From NCBI RefSeq assembly GCF_004010195.1, contig NC_057719.1, positions 21,280,418-21,344,417 on the forward strand: a stretch of 64,000 nt of DNA. Direction: 5' to 3'. The notes beneath the pieces were generated by a model. The model saw only the letters and a list, made by a program, of their open reading frames with translations. It did not search any database and had not been told where the DNA came from. Source of the stretch: Chiloscyllium plagiosum (Eukaryota). Both the position numbers and the translations under genes were made by a program. Positions 23,956-38,099 of the stretch are shown here, piece after piece (position 1 is the first letter of the stretch; each line of letters opens with the position of its first letter).

Positions 23956-26900
23956 TATTGAGAAATGGGACAAATTGACTCGTGATTTTAAAGAGCTGAC
24001 ACTGGCAGGATTGGTGAATGGTCATATTCCTAGCCACACGATTCTGTGCTTCTATTTTAGACTTGCTTGAAAATAGGACAATTGATAGGTTTTAGTTGGA
24101 GGTAATTTGATTTCTGGTGACTATGAAAGGCAAGCAATCATGAGCCAGCTGTGATAATGATCCTTTAATGCTTCCCAACAAGTCACTCAAATGCTAAGAG
24201 AAAAGGTCACCACTCCAATTATGGAGATATGATATTGTTGTGAAATGCTTTGAAATCAATTGAATTAGTGGCACAAGATAAGTGCTCTTGTATTGCAAAC
24301 AGAGAAACATCAGTTAAATACCAGACTTAGGGCAGGATGCACCTCACTTTCTGCCACCAAATCTATCAAGTTAAAATTAGCTGGTGGTGGATTGCAGGGG
24401 GTGACTTTTATATGCTTGGCTCCCACCTTTGCTTCAGCTCTGGTTTCCAGTGATCAAGGAGCTTGATACAGAGCCACATTGTAAATTAGTCTGAAAAGCT
24501 ATCATCTCCTTATCTAGTGAGAATTGCAGAAAAAGTTGAAATGTCAGCTTGCCATACCCCTGTAAATTCTTCACATCAAAATAAATCTTAAATTTTAAAA
24601 CTGTGCTAGGATCCCCCGACTTTTTTTGTAGATTGGAACCAATTCCTCATCTCAAGACAAAGTCAGAGGAATGCTGCAGATTGATGTTGAATCAGTGCCT
24701 TTTTCCTGAAACTAATTCCAAAGGATATTGTCAAATGAAGTGTGTCATTCAAGCACAAAGATAATCCTGCCTCAAATTCACAAGATGTGGAACATACAAC
24801 ACAGAATGTATCAGCAACATAAACATCTTCCTTCTTTGGAGTGGAATGTGAACCTGTAAAAGCTCACATGATGAGACCGCCACATTTTCTGTCCACTTTT
24901 AAATCAACAAAACCAGTTTCCAACACAAGAGTGCCCAAGAAAACCATTAAACTAGATACTTGTCAACTGAGCAATCAAGATATGTAGATGTGAGCCAAAC
25001 ATTTGCTGGGTTAGATGAAATGAAATTAATTATTTGAAATCTATTTAACCTCTTTTAATGTCTTTTGTTCAGCATGTGTGTTTTGTTTTTCTATATTTTG
25101 CAATATTTCGAAGCATTATTTCTCTACAGTAAGGATGGTTTCACTCCATTATAAATAATTGATTTTATACTTGAAGCACTGAAACAAAAGTCAATAAAAC
25201 CTCAAAATGCCTACTGTCATAAAAATGGACATGTTAACCAATTTTCATTCCCAATAGAAACTGCCTTCAGAAACATACAGAGAAGACTTTCATTTTGTCT
25301 GGCTGGATCAAAGGAACTCAAGGGTTTGAAATATAATAATGGAGAATGTTAAATCACCCTCAGCACTTCAAATCCACTCTCTATACCAGAGCGGGAAGAC
25401 AGGAGAAAGCCAAAACATTAAATGGAAAAACAAAATTCAATCCTTAAAAGTGTAATTATTTGTGTTTAAACATTATGGGATTTAGTTTGACAGAATAACT
25501 CATTCTGAAAGATGGTTCTATAATTATAATATTTGATTGATGCTCCATGCCTCAGATTTTGCCAATAATCTACAATTAATGTCCCCATTACAGGTTTCCT
25601 GAGGGTTGGAAAATCTAACCAAGAGGATATGCAATCTTCTGGATCCTAAAGATAAATGATTTTCTCACGCTGCTTGTGGGTCAAGTTGTGTCAGACATTT
25701 CCACTTGGCATAACCTCAACTCTCCTAAGCACCATATCAGCCCCTTTAAGCAGACGTACTACAATCTGTCTCCCATACATGATCAATGTTATCCCTGATG
25801 CCTACCCACTGCCCTGTCTTTCACCCTGCTCCCTCAATCCAATCTCTGTCCTTCCTTTTTGCCATTCTCCAAACACCAACTCCTGACCCTCTCGGTTGCC
25901 AAAGATTGCCTTAGCAATCTTCAGCTAACGTCTTGCACCACAGATTTTCCTGCCTGGAATCCTATCAATTTTCAATTTGGTTGGCTACTGTGCAGAAAAT
26001 GAAGTAAAGGCCTTCTAATGAAGACCTCAATTTCTTGTTTTCTCTTCCTTCCAGTTGCAGACAAGCTCCCCTCCTCTCTCTGTCACTCCGTAAATATGAG
26101 TCATATGATTTTAAGTGGCATTTATGAGATCATCATTAATATGTTATACTTTAAATATCAAATGATGCTTGATGGGATACATATTTCATTTCTTGTTTTT
26201 TTCTCTGATTGCAAACATTGCCTCAGATAGCATCATCTTGTATTTTCTATTACATATACTTGGACTTGCAATGACAGTCTTAATGAAGTACCATTCTCAT
26301 TGATTATGAATATAAAAGGTAGGAAGAGAAAGAGATAAGAAATGTCACCCCATGGAAGGCTCACAGATGGTACACTTCATTGAAATCTGGAGCTGATATC
26401 TCATGCAAGTTTAGCAGTTGCGAGCTGACAATTTATGTGAGAAGCAGGCAGATAAATTCTGTAATTACAGTTTCTGAAAAAAGTCCCAGAATTCTAACAA
26501 GCAGACAGGTTTGATTCTCGTAGAACAAATGCAAAAATTGGTTCGAATGAATTAATTGAGCATAGAAAAATGTAAAGCATTTGTTGTTACGACAACTGAA
26601 ATACATTGAACAAGAAGGATATTAGATGCATCTGAGATTAAAGTGGATAACTTTGCAATGAAACAGCCTTTTCTTTGACTCCCATCTATGTTTCTTTGGA
26701 GGTGTTCTGTCATAGGTGCTGCACTGAAATCTGGAAGCACTTTCATCAGGCATGGTGTGTTTAAAACCTCTGAACAGACAAACCTGCTTCTCTGAGGATT
26801 TACAGCAAATCATTGCTTTAACACTTGAAGGGTAAACCTCCACATATGAAACTCATCAGGCACCTCACAAAAAAAATGTCAGCTACACCTCGTGTAAACT

Positions 26901-28307
26901 TGAGGCTGTATACGTGTCAATTTTAGGATCCATTGCAAGTCAGCAAATTGAAAGATGAAGTGGTGTGAAAAACCCAACTTAAAATAAACAGGTGAACACT
27001 TGAACAGAAATAGTCTGTGCAGGAATGGAGCATGAATGCGTTAAATAATTCAGATGTGAATTTTACCAGTTGGATAAAACATACTGTACAGAAGCTTCAC
27101 CAATCATCACATTACCAAGAAATCAATTGTGAGGAGAAACAAACAGCCTAGTGATAAAAATATATTCTTTTGATTCATTGAGCACTGTCACCTTAATAGG
27201 AATCACAAAATTACTCTAAGTTCATAATTTCAAATTCTGGCACAAAGAGATATCATATCTGTGTTCTTATGTTACCTTTTATGATTAAGTTATTAAAATA
27301 CATTATGAATTACTTTAGGATAGACAACTGATATTACATAGGCAAATGTGGCCACCATTCTATTTCACAAATAACCATAAGGTGAATGTCAGATCATTAA
27401 TCTACAGTATTTGACCTTCTACCTGTTGTTTAGGCATTGGTATGAGATTGTTAATGGTCAGTGAATCATTGGAAAAGTTGAGACATCTCAATATTGATAT
27501 TGAGTACATTTGTATAGATATTAATATAATAGTTTAGCTCTCTGATAGCAATTGTTAAAATTTCTACAACATAATGGCTAGGGACACCAATGAGTCTCCA
27601 ACATGAAAATACATCTAGATGACTCAGCAACCAGATTTACAGCTGTGAATAAAAATAAGTACAAAATATGCAATTGGGTGTCATAGTCTTCTTGTTTGTT
27701 GCAGGACCTTCTCTTACAAAATATCCTTTACAATATGAGTTGTATGATCCTTGATCTACATTGCCTGCTCTGAGTCCCTGCCACTCTCCCTGTGTCTCAC
27801 AATCCAGAAACCCATACCCTCCCTCTCTTCCAGAAAGCATTTACCTGAGACCTTGGTTTTCCAATCAATGACCATGCTGTTTGACTGGGAACTCTTGCTG
27901 GATGAGACCTTTGCTCTTGACATGAAAAAAAAGACTCCTGCCTATCAACCTCCCAGATTTGAGGAAAATAAGGCAGAGATTGCTCTGAGAATGAGCTTGA
28001 TGTCTTGCCAGCTATTCACCAAGTCAGCAAACTACCTGATGGATATGGAAGATTAAATTCAGAATTTTTATGTCAAAGGTGGACTGCAGCTTGGATCATC
28101 ACTAAGCCCCTTTCTCTTCCTGATTCTCATTGATTGTGCCACTTGAGCAAGTGCAACGGGAAGTGCCATTTGCAGATGACACTGAGGTATTTGGGGAGGA
28201 CAATGTAAACATGTCTGTCTATCTGTAGAACTGTTGAAAAGCACTGGAAGACAAGGGTATAAAGAAATGTCGACGAAATATGTTATGTATCAACTGTCAT
28301 TCTGAGT

Positions 28308-28483
28308 TGAGATTGTAGTGCTGGAAAAGCACAACAGGTCAAGCAGCATCAGAAATCCTGATGAAGGGCTTATGCCTGAAACATCGATTCTCCTGCTCCT
28401 TGGATGCTGCCTGATCTGCTGTGCTTTTCCAGCACCACCCTCTCATCTCTGAGCTCCAGCATCTACTGTCCTCACTTTCTCCT
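28308..28483. mobile_element. Fold-back PLE-tail insertion containing a + strand hammerhead motif (28354-28389)
   Basis: aatc CTGATGA agggc ttat gcct GAAA cATC gatt; degenerate TSD aactgtcattctgagt/aattgtcatcttgagt. Confidence 0.85.
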
Positions 28484-28632
28484 AATTGTCATCTTGAGTC
28501 AAGTGAAGAGGATTAGCATGAATGTATAAGATTATTGGATGAAAGATTAAATTGTCAGAGAAAGTGAACAATTTCAAGTAGTTGGTGTGAGTGGGAGTAG
28601 AAGATGAAGAGGGACATGGAAGTTCAATAAAG

Positions 28633-28922
28633 GATTAGATTAGATTAGATTACTTTGATTAGATTAGATTACTTACAGTGTGGAAACAGGCCCTTCGGCC
28701 CTACAAGTCCACACCGACCCACCAAAGAGCGACCCACCGAAGAGCAACCCACCCAATCCCATTCCCCTACATTTACACCTTCACCTAACACTATGGGTAA
28801 TTTAGCATGGCCAATTCACCTAACCTGCACATTTTTGGACTGCGGGAGGAAACCGGAGCACTCGGAGGAAACCCACACAGACACGGGGAAATGTGCACAC
28901 TCCACACAGACAGTTGCCTGAG
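28633..28922 (-). mobile_element. V-SINE/HE1-like SINE (5'-truncated) with (TCTAA)n tail
   Basis: Core gtgtgggtttcctccgagtgctccggtttcctccc..gtccaaaaatgtgcaggttagg; CR1-like tail gggccgaagggcctgtttcc. Confidence 0.85.
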
Positions 28923-29542
28923 TTCTAGTTTGAATAATTGGAAGATGTGCAGTGGAATATTATTTGATTGAAAATTTTCACTGAAACTGAAAGAAACTCC
29001 AAGAAAGGTGTGAGGCCAGCCTTGATGGATAATGTGGAAGCAAAGGCAACGTCAGGTAGAGAGGAACATTGACTGGATGGTAATATGATATCGATGTAGA
29101 GATGAATGTGTGGGGAGTGATGAGAAAGGTCAAGATCAGTGAATATTATGGGTACATATATGAAAGTAGCCAAGACGAGATAGAAATTCAGGTTGATGCA
29201 GAGAGAGAGAGAAAGAGAAAATGTGGTAGGCTAAGTGGTGGAGTTTGGCCTGTCAGAAAAAAAGAGAAAGACCAGATGGAAACAGACAGTTGCGAGAGAC
29301 TTCAACACAGCAGAACTGGAAGAGGAATAGGCTTCTGACAGGAGGAGATACAGAAAGATCAATCAGCCCAAACAACCTCAAGTAAAATGGGAGAAAGAAA
29401 TAAAAACATTGTCAGGGTTTAGAAACGTCCTTTAGAAAAGATGATTCAGCAGGGACTCTCTAGTCTGAGGGACAGACAGATGTTTCTGTAGCCAGCAGCA
29501 AAAACTCAGAATGGCGTGTTGCCTCCCTGGTACCAAGGATGT

Positions 29543-29742
29543 CTCCAGAGGAAGTGTGGAGGCTAGTATGATTGCAACATTTAAAGGCATCTGGATGGAT
29601 ATGTGAATAGGAAGGGTTTGGAGGGAGATGGGTTGGGTGCTGGCAGGTGAGACTGGATTGGATTGGGTTGGGATATCTGGTCGGTATGATGGGTTGGACC
29701 AAAGCGTCTGTTTCCGCGCATTTCATCTCTATGACTCTATAC
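29543..29742 (+). mobile_element. CR1 3' terminal fragment
   Basis: Matches 44122-44335 and 58670-58873, ending ctctatgactctat. Confidence 0.9.
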
Positions 29743-29949
29743 AAGTTTACAAGGACCAGTACATGAGGATAAAGAACTTACTGAGCTACGGATGAAATCA
29801 TGAGCTAAACATGATTACTCTTTCAAAGATATAACAAAGAATGGCCTCATTCTGTACCATAAGATGCTGCGATTCTTATCTAATTGTGTAATTAGCTACA
29901 TTGGATACTATAACTGATGCAAATCCTGTATTTCAGATCATGTTTGGTG

Positions 29950-30700
29950 CCAAACTAAGTTTACAATTGATCGAAAAGTAAAATATTCTATCAAGTTGAA
30001 AAAGAAGTAGAGCAAGGAAGCAGGTCCTGATTCCACAGATCATCATAAGTGATAGGACTGGTGGCGAGGGCGGTTGATAAAGCATAAAATATCCAGGCTT
30101 TGTTAATGGTGACACAGAGTGCAAGAGCAAGAAGGAGATGTTGAACTTGTATATGAACACTTGTTAGATCTCAGCTGGAGTATTGTGTACAGTTGTGGAC
30201 ACTACATTATTGGAAAGGTGTGAATGCATTAGAAAGAGCACAGAAGTGATTGATAAGGATGGTGTCAGGAATGAGAAACTTCAGTAATGAGGACAGAATG
30301 AAGAGGTTGGGACAGTTCTCCTTGAAGAGAAGAAAACTGAAAGACAATTTGACAGAGGTTTTCAAAATCCTGAGTGCATTGGATAGAGTTGATAGGGAGA
30401 AGCTGTTTCCTGTCACAAAAGGAACATTAATGAGCAGGCGTAGACTTAAAGGAAGTGTAAATGGAGGAAGTGAGATGTGAGAGAAAGTTTTCTCACACAG
30501 CGAGTTAGGGCATTGCCTGGAAATGTGGTGGAGGCAGGTTCGATCGAGGCATTCAAGAGAGCATTGGATAATTACTTTGTTAGAAATGTTGTGTAAGGGT
30601 ATGGGGAAAAGGCAGGAGATTGGCATTAGGTAATGATGCTCATTTGAAGAGCCAGTGCAGGCACAAAGGGCTGAATGGTTTCCTTCAGTGCTGTCATAAA
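29950..30700 (+). mobile_element. Older CR1 3' fragment
   Basis: LE.CVQLW..ALERAQK..RMVSGMRNFS.EDRMKRLG.FSL.RRKL. Confidence 0.85.
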
Positions 30701-32235
30701 GCTGAGGTTCTCTGAAGCTTATGTTGTTGGCACTAATCTGGTCCACACTAGCCATGTAGTCAACTAAGCCCGCTAGGGAGCCCGGAGTGCTGTAACCACA
30801 CATCCCTTTACATACACGTTGTAGCCAGGAGCTACAAATAGTGATGTAGTGATTCCAGTTTCTTTCTATCATATAGCTAATCAGGAATGTCTCCCACTTC
30901 TTATCACTGACAAATATTGGAGGAATCTACAAATTGATAATCAACCTTGGCCAGATTGTTAACACACCGTCCATGCCCATCAATTCTTGGGATGGTACTT
31001 GAACCTGGAAAGTTTGTCCAAAGGCAGGAACATTATTAACTGCACCACCAGTAGGTCCCCTTCCATTGCATCCAGCTGTGAATAATTGGTTTGGTCTGTT
31101 TACTTTATAACTATTTTTGTGTCATGGGACAGAAGCAGACACAATATTTATTAGCACTTATTAACAAACGGTAAACGATACAACACACATATACATACCA
31201 CCAACACTGAGGATCCACAGAGTATAAATAAGATGCATCAGTTGTGTGCAGGCTTTCTTTAGAGGTTTCAGTTCATCGAGCAGATGTTGCATTCTTGAGA
31301 GGGGTTAAGAAGGTTTGGGAGAATTTTGTAACCCAGAATTATGCAAAAGTAACCTTTTCATTTATTTAATACGCTACTTTTTTTTTCACAGGTCTCTGTT
31401 AGTGTGAGTGGCTATCGATCAAATAATAATGTGAAAAAGACCTCTTATGTGACACATTGTTGTTCAGAACTCATTCTCTCTCGATCTAGTCAGGTCCCAA
31501 TGAATTTACAGCATCAATTGCCATAGCCAATGTCCTAAGTGTGATTGAATGCAACTAGGTACTTATCTGGATGAATGCAACTGGCTTTAAAAATAAAAGT
31601 CTAGTCTGCTTAGCCTTGGCTCAGTCGAGATGTTTCCAGTTGCTGAACACATGTTAAGCAGCAGGAAGGATTCCCAATTAGCACTATTTAATGGGATCAT
31701 TAACTACTCACACGTTAGCTGCCGGTTGATTTCTTCTGGCTACTGATACTTATCTCAAAATGTTTGGTGTTTTCCACAGTTGTTCCAAAATATAAAAGAT
31801 GAAAGAGAATGACATGAAAAGTGCTGAGGTTCATTTTTATGAGCCCAATGTTTCTGCACAAAGCAATTGTTCTGGATATTGGTCTTACCTCAGAAGAGTG
31901 CATTCATCAGAGAAGGATCAGACACCACACCAAACAGTGCAAGCAGCTGGAAGAGGGAGGAGGAAGATTAAGAATAAGTAAAAAGGAGAAAGAGGTGAAA
32001 ACCAAGAAAGTACCAGGTTATTTTTGGTGAGATACCAGTAACCAGAACCCCAATTTTCCACCCATCAACAATTCCACACTCCTTACTTTCCTTCTCTGAC
32101 TATCAAAGCACCCAAATACAATAGCAGTAAAATATACAGATTCCAAACTAATTTATTCAATAAATTCTGACCATATTACACACTTATATAAAATAATCAC
32201 CATTGCATATTTGTTCAGTGCCTGTCTAGTAAAGC

Positions 32236-33062
32236 AAAAGAACAAAAGAACAATACAGCACAGGAACAGGTCCTGTGGCCCATCAAGTCTGCACCATGAC
32301 AGCCTTTCTAAACTAAAACGCTTTTGTCTCCAACCTGTTCATAGATCTATGACGATGCCACTGAAATGTTGTCATTGTATCTGCTTCTTTCACCTCCTCT
32401 GGCAGTGCATTGCAGGCACTTAACACCCTTTGTGTAAAGAAACTTTTCAAGTTTCCTTTAAAATTCCCCTTTTAACTTAAACATATGCCCTCTTTCCCCG
32501 GAATTAACATTTCTAAGCTGGGAAGAAAGACTCCAACTATCCATTTTATCTACGTGTCTTATAACTTTGCAAACTTCTATCAGGTTACCCCTCAGCCTCT
32601 GACATTCAAGTGAAACCAAACTAAGTGTGTCCAATCTCTTCCTGTAGCTCCAAACCAGGCTATATTCTTGTAAAAACTGAAAGAACTGTGGATGCTGTAA
32701 ATCAGAAACAAAAACAGGAGTTGCTGGAAAAGGTCAGCAGGTTTGGCAGCATTTGTGAAGAGCAATCAAAGTTAAGGTTTCAGGTCCAGTGACCCTTTCC
32801 TCAGAACTGAGGAAAAGTCACCACATCTGAAATGTTAACTTTGATTTCTCTTCACAGATGCTGACAGACCTGCTGAGTTGTTCCAGCAACATCTATTTTT
32901 ACATTCTGGTAAACCTTTTCTGCACTCTCTCCAAAACCTCCACATCCCTCTGGTAGTGTGGTGACCAGAACTTTAAGCAGTATTCAAATGTGGCCTAAAT
33001 AAGGTTCTATACAGCTGCAAACATGACTTGACAATTTCTATACTCTATGCCCTGACCAATAA
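32236..33062 (-). mobile_element. Older CR1 3' fragment interrupted by a fold-back PLE tail
   Basis: Reverse CR1 3' UTR (aagaacaatacagcacaggaacagg) and RT end (ctggtaaaccttttctgcactctctccaa..gaccagaact). Confidence 0.75.
32673..32900. mobile_element. Fold-back PLE-tail insertion (older family) with two back-to-back hammerhead motifs
   Basis: Minus-strand gtt CTGAGGA aagggtcactggacct GAAA cctt aac (32771-32807) abuts plus-strand ctgagga..gaaatgttaac; degenerate TSD attcttgtaaa/attctggtaaa. Confidence 0.8.
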
Positions 33063-35131
33063 AATCCAAACAAAATCTTGACTACCTTTAATGTTACTTT
33101 GCCTGGTAAAGCGCTCTAGCACAATGTTATCTACAATCTGGCTGCAACTTGACTGTGGGAATGCTACTAACTTTCATTGGATGCTATTGCAGCTGAAGTT
33201 GCAGGATCACCTTGAACATCTTTAGCCTCAGAAGGCTCAACATCATGTGTACCATCTTGCCATGAGTGCTGAGCTGCTGACCTGACTGGCTAATAAGCAA
33301 CAGTAAGGACACTAATGGAGTGGCGAGGGTGGAAGAATAAATCCTATTAAACTTAGAGAGGGCAAAAAGATTAGCAGTCTGCTGCCACTCCTCCAGAGCT
33401 GCAGCTGAGCAATCTCTGGAGAGATTGCTAGACCCACAAGCCTCTTGAAACATTGATATTAATAATTAAGGTGACAGCGAACTGAACTTGAATGGTAGCA
33501 ATCTGACTCCGGATGATCTCAGTCTGCTCTTTCTGAAATGTTCAGTCTTCTGGTGGAAGTGTCTTATTTTCCAATGCAAACTGAGACCTCGACCATGATT
33601 GAGTCCACAAAGGTGCGAATGGAGTTAACCATTGCTTCCACACTGGAAAGGGTAGGCTTCAATCTCTGTGTGAAGCCCTGTGCCAAGTTGGTGCTGATCT
33701 TCTCTTCTCTAACAGTAAATACTGGCTGGTTTCGCAATATATGAAGCATGTCATTATGCACAGCCAGAGACTTCTATTGCAGCTTGTCACTTTGAGTCAT
33801 AGTCTCATAGAGCTCTACAGCATACAAGCCCATTGAGCTTGCACCACTCAAAAGCAGTCACTTAACTATTCTAATCCCATTTTCCAGCACAAGGGCTGTA
33901 GCTTGTATGCCTTGGCATCACAAGTACACATCTACATACTTTTTAAATGCTCTTACAATTTCTACCTCTCCCATTCTCATAAGCAGTGAAGTCTACGCCT
34001 GTGTGCACTGGTGCTGAACTCCTGTATGAAGTTGTTCTCCCTTTGGAAACTTTGCCTCATCTCGGCTACTGGTGCCTATAATGTCTTGTGGCAAGAAGAT
34101 TTTGCCTCAGTGCTATCCTCTAAATTATGTGATATGGGCCCATGAGAGTGAAATAGTGATAATCACTGCTTTCTTACACTCCCTGCACTATCCAGCCTTG
34201 TTATCTGAAAAGAGGAAAGTATGAGAGGATTGTTGAGTTGCTGGGAGGAAAGAGTGATTAAAAGATGCATCTTATGTTATCTGCAACTTTCAAATCAGAG
34301 ATGACTGTGGTTTGAGGAGGAATTGGGACACCAGAAGAAGGATTGGGAATGAGGATAACACCATCTTCAATTAGTGTTGCCTTGCTGCAGACCACAGGCT
34401 CAGCAATGACCAATTAGTATTGCCTAGCTTCATCTCTCCATGTTGTTTCTGCAGACATGTCTAACTCCTCCAATCATGCGCCAATTACTCCTGCTCAAGG
34501 AAAATGTGTCATTGAGTCTCAGGAAATCTGTTTGGGTGACATGAGTGAAGAAGTTGAATTACTGTCAGTATAATCTGGCTCTGAGATGCATTTTGATGAT
34601 TGTAGCAGTGCTGGATGTGTGAGGATTCAGTTGCATATGTGAATTTTAGAAACATATCCTGTCGGGAAATGTTGGCAAGTGAATGATTTGAAATATGAAT
34701 TGAGAAGTGTCTGAGGCTGGTGGTTGTCATATTAGGTAATTGTTCTTAAGGATTTAATGTTCATATCACATTCCACTTACATCACATACATTTTACATCG
34801 ATGTTGATGTGTGGAAACAAGGAATTTTGCACTAGCCTTCAGAGGGATCAAATGTATCTATACAAACTCCCTAAAGTTCAGGAAAGAACAAATAATCAGT
34901 CAGCTTTTACTGTGGCACACATATCAATGTGCCTTCAGAAGTTCATTTTCTTCATTGTGTTCTTTTGTTGGAATATCCTTCATGGCACCAGCTTGCGATT
35001 TGGCTTCAAACCTAGTTTATGCAATATCTCAGGCTGAGTCACCGTATCTGACATTTCCAGTCCGTTGGCAGCTGCAACTTACATTTTCATGACTCTCTTT
35101 GACAATATGGATGTTCTGTGGATACGCAGGT

Positions 35132-35302
35132 CATTTTGGAAGCAGAAGGAGACAATTATAAATGGGGCTTGTGTAGGAGTTTGAAATGTCAAGGCACTCC
35201 AGTCTGCACAATTTCATCACAAGAATATGGCAAAGATTGGGGTGAAATATAGGTGATATACCATCTACCATTTTGGAAGCAGAAGGAGACAATTATAAAT
35301 GG
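35132..35302. repeat. 34-bp perfect direct repeat flanking a 103-bp insert that is an inverted copy of ~21385-21486
   Basis: cattttggaagcagaaggagacaattataaatgg at 35132-35165 and 35269-35302. Confidence 0.9.
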
Positions 35303-36921
35303 TTAGACCTGAGGTAGAGTACGAGCAACTTCTCATAATGTTACAGCTGTGCATGACAACAAATCATAATACATATTTCTAAATATGTTGAACTGCTTTT
35401 GTACTGAATGCTTCACCAAGGTAGCAGCACCTGAAACATGCTGAATTGACTGGCTTTATTATAGAGATAGCTCTAATATTGGTTATCAGGCTGACAAATG
35501 CTTTCAGTGTTTACACCACTGCATCCTTTCAAGCTGTACCTGAGAATAACATTTTTTTTTCCTAACAGAGGATATATGTTTGTGTGCTAGAGCTTTCTTT
35601 GTAGACAGCAAACAGGAGTTTAAACAATTAGATTTTTATGTGATACAGATTTTTCTTTAATATAGATCGTGTAACATTTCTGTTGTACAGCAATCTAAGT
35701 CCCTAGATGCAATCATTGCCTTCATGGCAGCAAAAGGTTCCATTGTACTAATGTACAACTAGTTTGTAATCATTAAAAGCAGTTGAATGTTCATTGCTAT
35801 GGTAACAGTCACATGCCTACATTTTACATCACTTTGTAGTGTCATCATTTTTAGAAATACATGGGACACTGGACATATGACTTCTCTAGGATCAAAGATA
35901 TTCTATGTTGTTTTGCCATAGCATCCCTTGAGCCATGTAATAGAAAGAGCTGAGTGTTGCTATAATGAAACACATTTAGTCATCAGGACCATCACTGGAC
36001 ACATCGTGTTTCTACAGATTAAAGACGTACTATGTTACCAGCAAAAATTTTCAATAAATGTAATCATATTGACCAAAGCACAATGTTGTTGTATAATGAG
36101 GTAGAGCTATAGAATAGCTCCTAAGAGTGTATTAATAATGGTAAAGGAGACCAAGATCTAAACAAATGTCAGTTAACACCAAGAGTTTTTTTTTACAGCC
36201 TTGGGATATATAACTGTTGTAAATCGAAAGAACTTTAGGACAAGTTCTAATCAACAGCCTACTGATTTAAATGGTGTTTGATCCAAAGGCCAAAGAGGCC
36301 TGTGGACAGTGAATAATAAAGCGAACCCACATGCTGTCCTCCCTGTCATGTTCCAGTCCTTTTGTCCAAATCTGTTTTATTGAAGCTGGTCCCAACTGAT
36401 CAGACAGTTTCTTTTCCTCTCCAATTTGTGAAGGTCTTGGGGGAATCAGAGTATTTTAATCAGATACGTCTTTTAATTTACTCAACCTAGGGTCATTTCT
36501 TAGTACCGGAGGCTGTGAAGATATACAATAGCTTTTGATAGCAGGAAACCTGACGTTCTTAGCTGGCAAGATTTAAGTCAAAACAGAAGCATATGTTTGT
36601 GCATGTAGCGACGTCTTTTTGGCTGCAACAGTACAGAGAATGCAGATGCACCTGTCAAAGAACTGAAAGGTTACTTGAGAACTTTGCATATTGTCTTTGT
36701 GAAGCATTCTTGAGAGAATGCTCCTTATTTTTCAAACTAGGAAATTTGTGGATATTCATACCTTGATAATTTTCTTGAATTGAACAAACTACTTTCCTTC
36801 ACACAGAAAGCGACATTGTCATTCCTCAAATGATCCAATATTTATCCTCAGAACATTTTTTGAACAAAGGTAACACCTCTGGAATGAGGTTGTTAGAGCA
36901 GTATTCTCAAAAGGATTAGTC

Positions 36922-37247
36922 ATCATAGAATCCCTACAGTGTAGAAGCAGACCATTCAACACATCGAGTCCATATCAACCCTCCAAAGGGCAGTGTACCC
37001 ACACCCACCCCTGCATTCCCCAAGGCTAACCCACCTAATTTACGTATCACTGGACACTATGGACAATTTACCATGACCAACTCCTAATCTGCACACATTT
37101 GGAATGTGGGAGGAAACTGGAGCATCTCGAGCAAACCACGCAGACACAGGGAGAATGTTCAAATTCCATACAGAGTCACCTGAGGGTGGAATTGAACCCA
37201 GGTTCTTGGTGTTGTGAGGCAGCAGTGCTAACCACTGAGCCATCACA
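36922..37247 (-). mobile_element. V-SINE/HE1-like SINE, near full length
   Basis: Head tggctcagtggttagcactgctgcctcac..gggttcaattcc (A and B boxes), V-core, tail ctgtagggattctatg. Confidence 0.85.
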
Positions 37248-38099
37248 CATTCCTTCACTGGCGTACTTACATTGCTACTTCATTGTTTCCATGATGTGCC
37301 AAGAAAATAGAAACCCTTTAAATTTGTAGCTCTGTTTTAGTGATGCATAAGAGCAGTGACTCTTTAAGATTTGCTGAGTTCAATATACACTCCCTGTGCA
37401 TCATACAATCTGTGCAAGAATCATTACTGGCCTTACAATGTCATGCAAAGTCAACTCTCTCTAGTGCTCGCATGCTGTGTATGCAGTGAGCTCCAATCCA
37501 GCTGGCACTGACACGATCCTGCAGGCCTGATCACAGTCTTAGTTGTTTATCATGATGTACAAAATTAGCTACTGTACTAGCCTGCTGACAATAAATGTTT
37601 TTTTTTGCCTGTGGAATTGTACAACAATGTTACGGATCATAAAGGTCATGCATCCAGGTTTCTGCCAGAATAGAACTGTGAGCTCAATTTTCTTGGCAAA
37701 CTCATACCAAATTTATTTCAGAGATAACAGAGTAGAGATGGCAGAGATGGTTTTATGAAGTATATATTCAAACTGGAACTTGGAAAGAGGGAATATGCCA
37801 TTTATCTCCTCAAATTAGCTTTCCCATTCAATTAGGCATTAGGATCACAGCTGATAATAACATGGGAAACAGAAAGAGGTCATTCAGCCCTTCAAAGCAC
37901 AAACAAAATAGTGACTTGGAAGGAGTGGACTGACAGGTGGAGGAGGTTTATGTAGACCTGCAATGTGGACATAAAATTTTGGCTGGCATTACTAATTAGT
38001 TTACCCACTATCAGAATAATCACAGATTCATGGGCCTCTGGAATGGGGACTTGACAGAAGGAATCTGCATAGGGATATAGGCAGGTTAAGTATGTGGAC

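Larger units (their letters stand above)
27930..29390 (+). mobile_element. Degenerate RTE-clade LINE RT fragment, interrupted by PLE-tail and SINE insertions
   Basis: VKGGLQLGSSLSPFLFLILID..FADD; KVNNFK.L; W.MCSGIL.D; VRPAL motifs. Confidence 0.6.

Noticed and set aside
33150..34520. Possible decayed transposon coding sequence
   Set aside because: No diagnostic motif could be read in any frame
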